From contig JAQBYT010000001.1 of the NCBI GenBank assembly GCA_027622665.1, forward strand, positions 352,001 through 416,000: a stretch of 64,000 nt of DNA, in the 5' to 3' direction. Numbering within the stretch: position 1 is the stretch's first letter; each line of letters starts with the position of its first letter. Below, piece after piece: positions 63,201 to 64,000 of the stretch. The notes under the pieces were generated by a model. The model was not told the origin of the DNA. It saw only the letters and a list, made by a program, of their open reading frames with translations, and ran no database searches. The position numbers and the translations under genes were made by a program. The DNA is from Verrucomicrobiota bacterium. Its GTDB lineage: Bacteria; Verrucomicrobiota; Verrucomicrobiia; Opitutales; Seribacteraceae.

Positions 63201-64000
63201 TTCCCGTAGAAAGTTACACGAGCACTTCCTCCCTGCGCTTTATGGCGAATGCAGCCGATACCGATGGAGATCTCGTCGGCCTGCAATTTTTTGTGGACGG
63301 AATGCCGTACGGCGATCCCATTTTGCGAGGCGATACCCTGAATCCGTCAAAATATCCATACAGCATCGACTGGAGCCCCGGTTCGGCCGGTGTTTTCACC
63401 GTTTCTGCGGTTTGTTGGGACAATAGCGGCAATTACATTTCCTCCGGATCTGCATCGATTACCACTACCACCGGCTCCACTCCTCCAACCATTTCCGTCA
63501 CCAAGCCATCTAAAAATCTTGAACTCGATACTGTGGACATAAACGCCACCGGCTCCATAACGGGCCTGTCCATCAAGACCAATGATTCTGTCTTCACAAA
63601 TAATCCTGTAGTCAGTTTTGCAGGTTCCGGGACCGGTGCCGCCGCGGAAGTGGTACTCAATCAAGACGGAACGATTTCTCACGTTTCCATGACGAGCTCG
63701 GGCACCGATTATGCCGCCCCCCAGATAAGAATTCGCCCATCTCTAAAGTCGGTGACTCAAGGAATTCCTGCTATTGCCGAGACCAACTTGTTGAATGTTT
63801 TATTTTTAGCTGGAACTGGAGGCGTTCATCCACAAACGGGAGAGGCTTTGACAGGAGGCCAGGTTTGGTCTGCTCCAGTTACATATAAGGGAAAGGGGTA
63901 CCGGAGTCCTCCGCGAATTGTATTCCTTGGGCCTGCCACGCGACCAGCAGAGGCTATTACTACGCTTGCCGGTATTGATGCAACCGGCGGGTTAGCTGGA
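57197..64000 (+). CDS. Second giant secreted protein (>2268 aa, runs off the window): CARDB, TolB/PD40 propeller, bacterial Ig domains
   Basis: Absent from the ORF track, consistent with no stop before the window end; segments I translated across it are open. ATG overlaps the previous TGA (ATGA). Signal peptide MKRMNGKCQIAFMARLTLLCLAFFVSHRTLRG; CARDB-like PDL...N-x-G...ENN; APSLSADGKFLAFHSSASNLVPGDTNDHTDVFLFD; ASDPDGFVRQVDFVVDG. Confidence 0.9.
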   Translation, partial: MKRMNGKCQIAFMARLTLLCLAFFVSHRTLRGQVLVPDLRIDSDDFIEVFVGGTFDVTFRIFNDGTEEIFAGESITWAVEVNGPDGQAVPSLSRTGQILTGLPMNQSTPDETVSLRMPWAQAAQWSNNARWTIATSVVTPRDVNGTNNRDTSTFSLVIPDVTLNNLVGPVAARPGRNVSVSGTVANVGRVQTQPNVYFRVEARLLQNGTEVDKQSIVLPNQSALSPFPFDSGDTIDFTINELFIPIDGNGTYDVIVNLDAGSPDILIEHTENNNQATVQFDVSSSASIQVVDGSFFSDTGTFQGMAPAHFRFAVRNVGTGPVGVGDAFQATIALSRDQSGIDADDFILREFDLGGSGLGLGLRPNETVTLDWIQRLPDSFEGDFYIVANLDGQTFVSQPTPSITLRSNNSGDTISVSEGKNSWSSRPSYDQTGRYVAFESSVGGIVNIFLLDTISNQETQVTRSFNNAAADGSSFAPSLSADGKFLAFHSSASNLVPGDTNDHTDVFLFDREANGIFRLSTSVDVGSPDGGSYYPSVNGDGSVVAFESLASDLSATPQSFSGSNIFVWDSNGTTLNKLSPITAAGDFASLDADISEDGNRVVFTSYATNFNLSNLSSSDNNEYSDIFLWERNTSKMYLASVTSGQARTTGGASSESVISGDGKVIAYRSSAKNLVTEKGISTIEIKDAGVGYTRTPSIAITDASGLGSGATAEAHINTYGEIIRVSVLLPGKLYKEPRVTVVPDPADVGPSRLAILEARLTHPEGDVYRVPAQSLIDGQPEISRASESVLSVGGDKGSREPTLNYDGSLLAYSTQASNLLVDKLEREDRRVFPNATFRMARARAVIGGPIGEIEVQNSGEGYQDGQLRIEDLSGSGSGALALYHVDNYGRIADISIFNSGNNYDYSQTMISIDNPRAGTGFQLKDIRHQVTSGIGNNRSGGGTILRLEMDDNGLGYTKEQILMQGAGIIIDGDGADLDNDGKPDAKVNPDRIHLGDNGEVFLEQQIRLVVQSTVGLHGATLTVTDHLKTEKLTFDAFSAIVVGNEIGISGQSVVGIRDAIADALEGLWPTDSNASLYEGLQIDEPTLGADFLVVKALGGRAISGNPSSLTATMLSNMLVGGTGFTRATPIIAPDPVVFGFSEINTNISSGIMSNGRPALLVNKDQFTDDIYLYDHSNSLNERITTSKFGLPVNYRTNATTTMPSNRFPSITGNGRFISYSSDVQGAGGLLFGATNQTPSDNNGFRDVYVHDRKTEAMKTPSNEKSSSGSLSMLYPNPSIDHSFPSNAFVPVIVETEIDRGFVSRVDLIVNGSMVKSMDEHLSNLHSGRFFTRWDANVSGIHSIAVAAYDNNGILIAETQPVEVSVGNFSGSLPPSVSLSAIPYDSITSTSTIPLQASGADSDGDFKGIQFYVEGQPYGNEILRFPTQNPEAYIYSTTWKPATHGVYSIFAIGRDNSGNYVASDILNIASTTGSTPPLVNFTKPYEPIDYKGSTLSIASGSITDITLGHAAVGGGYFNTPRISLFGSGSGARAEAILDLNQSSDNYGRITGITVLDGGSGYETASSSFSVTPVVKTIRVGRTARINNRTIITRNDLGIITNIQTELTLGDGGDGYVVPPNLFLSNGEVRRLPIVPVVVGASTGGVDPAEAGLPQILPGIVTGSVVGGFAYSPLNLEVNASDPDGFVRQVDFVVDGVVVASDRVAPFNLEWTPGDAKEYQISALAKDDNGNIGSSETVVVSIEEGIGFMPILSFDDNRTNSIPLGSEHILTVRALDDESITNVEFFKNGRSIGFADKQGASDYYSQVVSFANDEEGDAVFSAVTRDTGGNQVGTFSRAIAFRLHKTYRLLPAKGATPPTAQILGPLSPVKWLTDGERRSKRQRRAATVFPTNPTFSLGAAIPIVVQATAATGASIAEIQFFGNGVPLPSAGGTSSVINQGTTLHNEGRYVFDWVPNRTGTYIIEIIAIDNFGNQRVSSLLNPITIIDTFGSQSPGVTLMSPQALPVESYTSTSSLRFMANAADTDGDLVGLQFFVDGMPYGDPILRGDTLNPSKYPYSIDWSPGSAGVFTVSAVCWDNSGNYISSGSASITTTTGSTPPTISVTKPSKNLELDTVDINATGSITGLSIKTNDSVFTNNPVVSFAGSGTGAAAEVVLNQDGTISHVSMTSSGTDYAAPQIRIRPSLKSVTQGIPAIAETNLLNVLFLAGTGGVHPQTGEALTGGQVWSAPVTYKGKGYRSPPRIVFLGPATRPAEAITTLAGIDATGGLAG

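Noticed and set aside
1..64000. CRISPR arrays, tRNA/rRNA genes, transposases, prophage genes
   Set aside because: None recognised by eye; a covariance-model scan would be needed to exclude small RNAs.

Overview
64-kb bacterial chromosomal window, most likely a marine Verrucomicrobiota of the Opitutae group. The taxon is inferred from an Amuc_1098-1102-like pilus/secretin operon, a Verrucomicrobia-type NagB fusion and PVC-type PQQ-propeller and M28 genes. Left half: ftsK-rodZ; a TolB-propeller/M28/PDZ peptidase; a PQQ-propeller pseudogene split by a 2.3-kb AT-rich insert (small acidic secreted peptide plus a methyltransferase/ATP-grasp fusion); nagB and a nahK-like kinase; glcDEF; a kamA-like gene; moeA; moaA with two tandem in-frame stops; dnaN with a candidate oriC upstream. 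Middle: kdsD-ftsB-pgm, an E2 acyltransferase with no lipoyl domain, and a NUDIX hydrolase. Right half: a PilM/secretin operon followed by two translationally coupled giant surface proteins (4457 aa, and >2268 aa; the second is missing from the ORF track). The giants are the most striking feature. The first carries about 50 D/E-X-N-X-S/T bacterial N-glycosylation sequons and a Trp-rich C-terminal domain, and both carry a repeated G-x-G-Y beta module nested inside other domains. All calls rest on motif recognition only; no searches were run.
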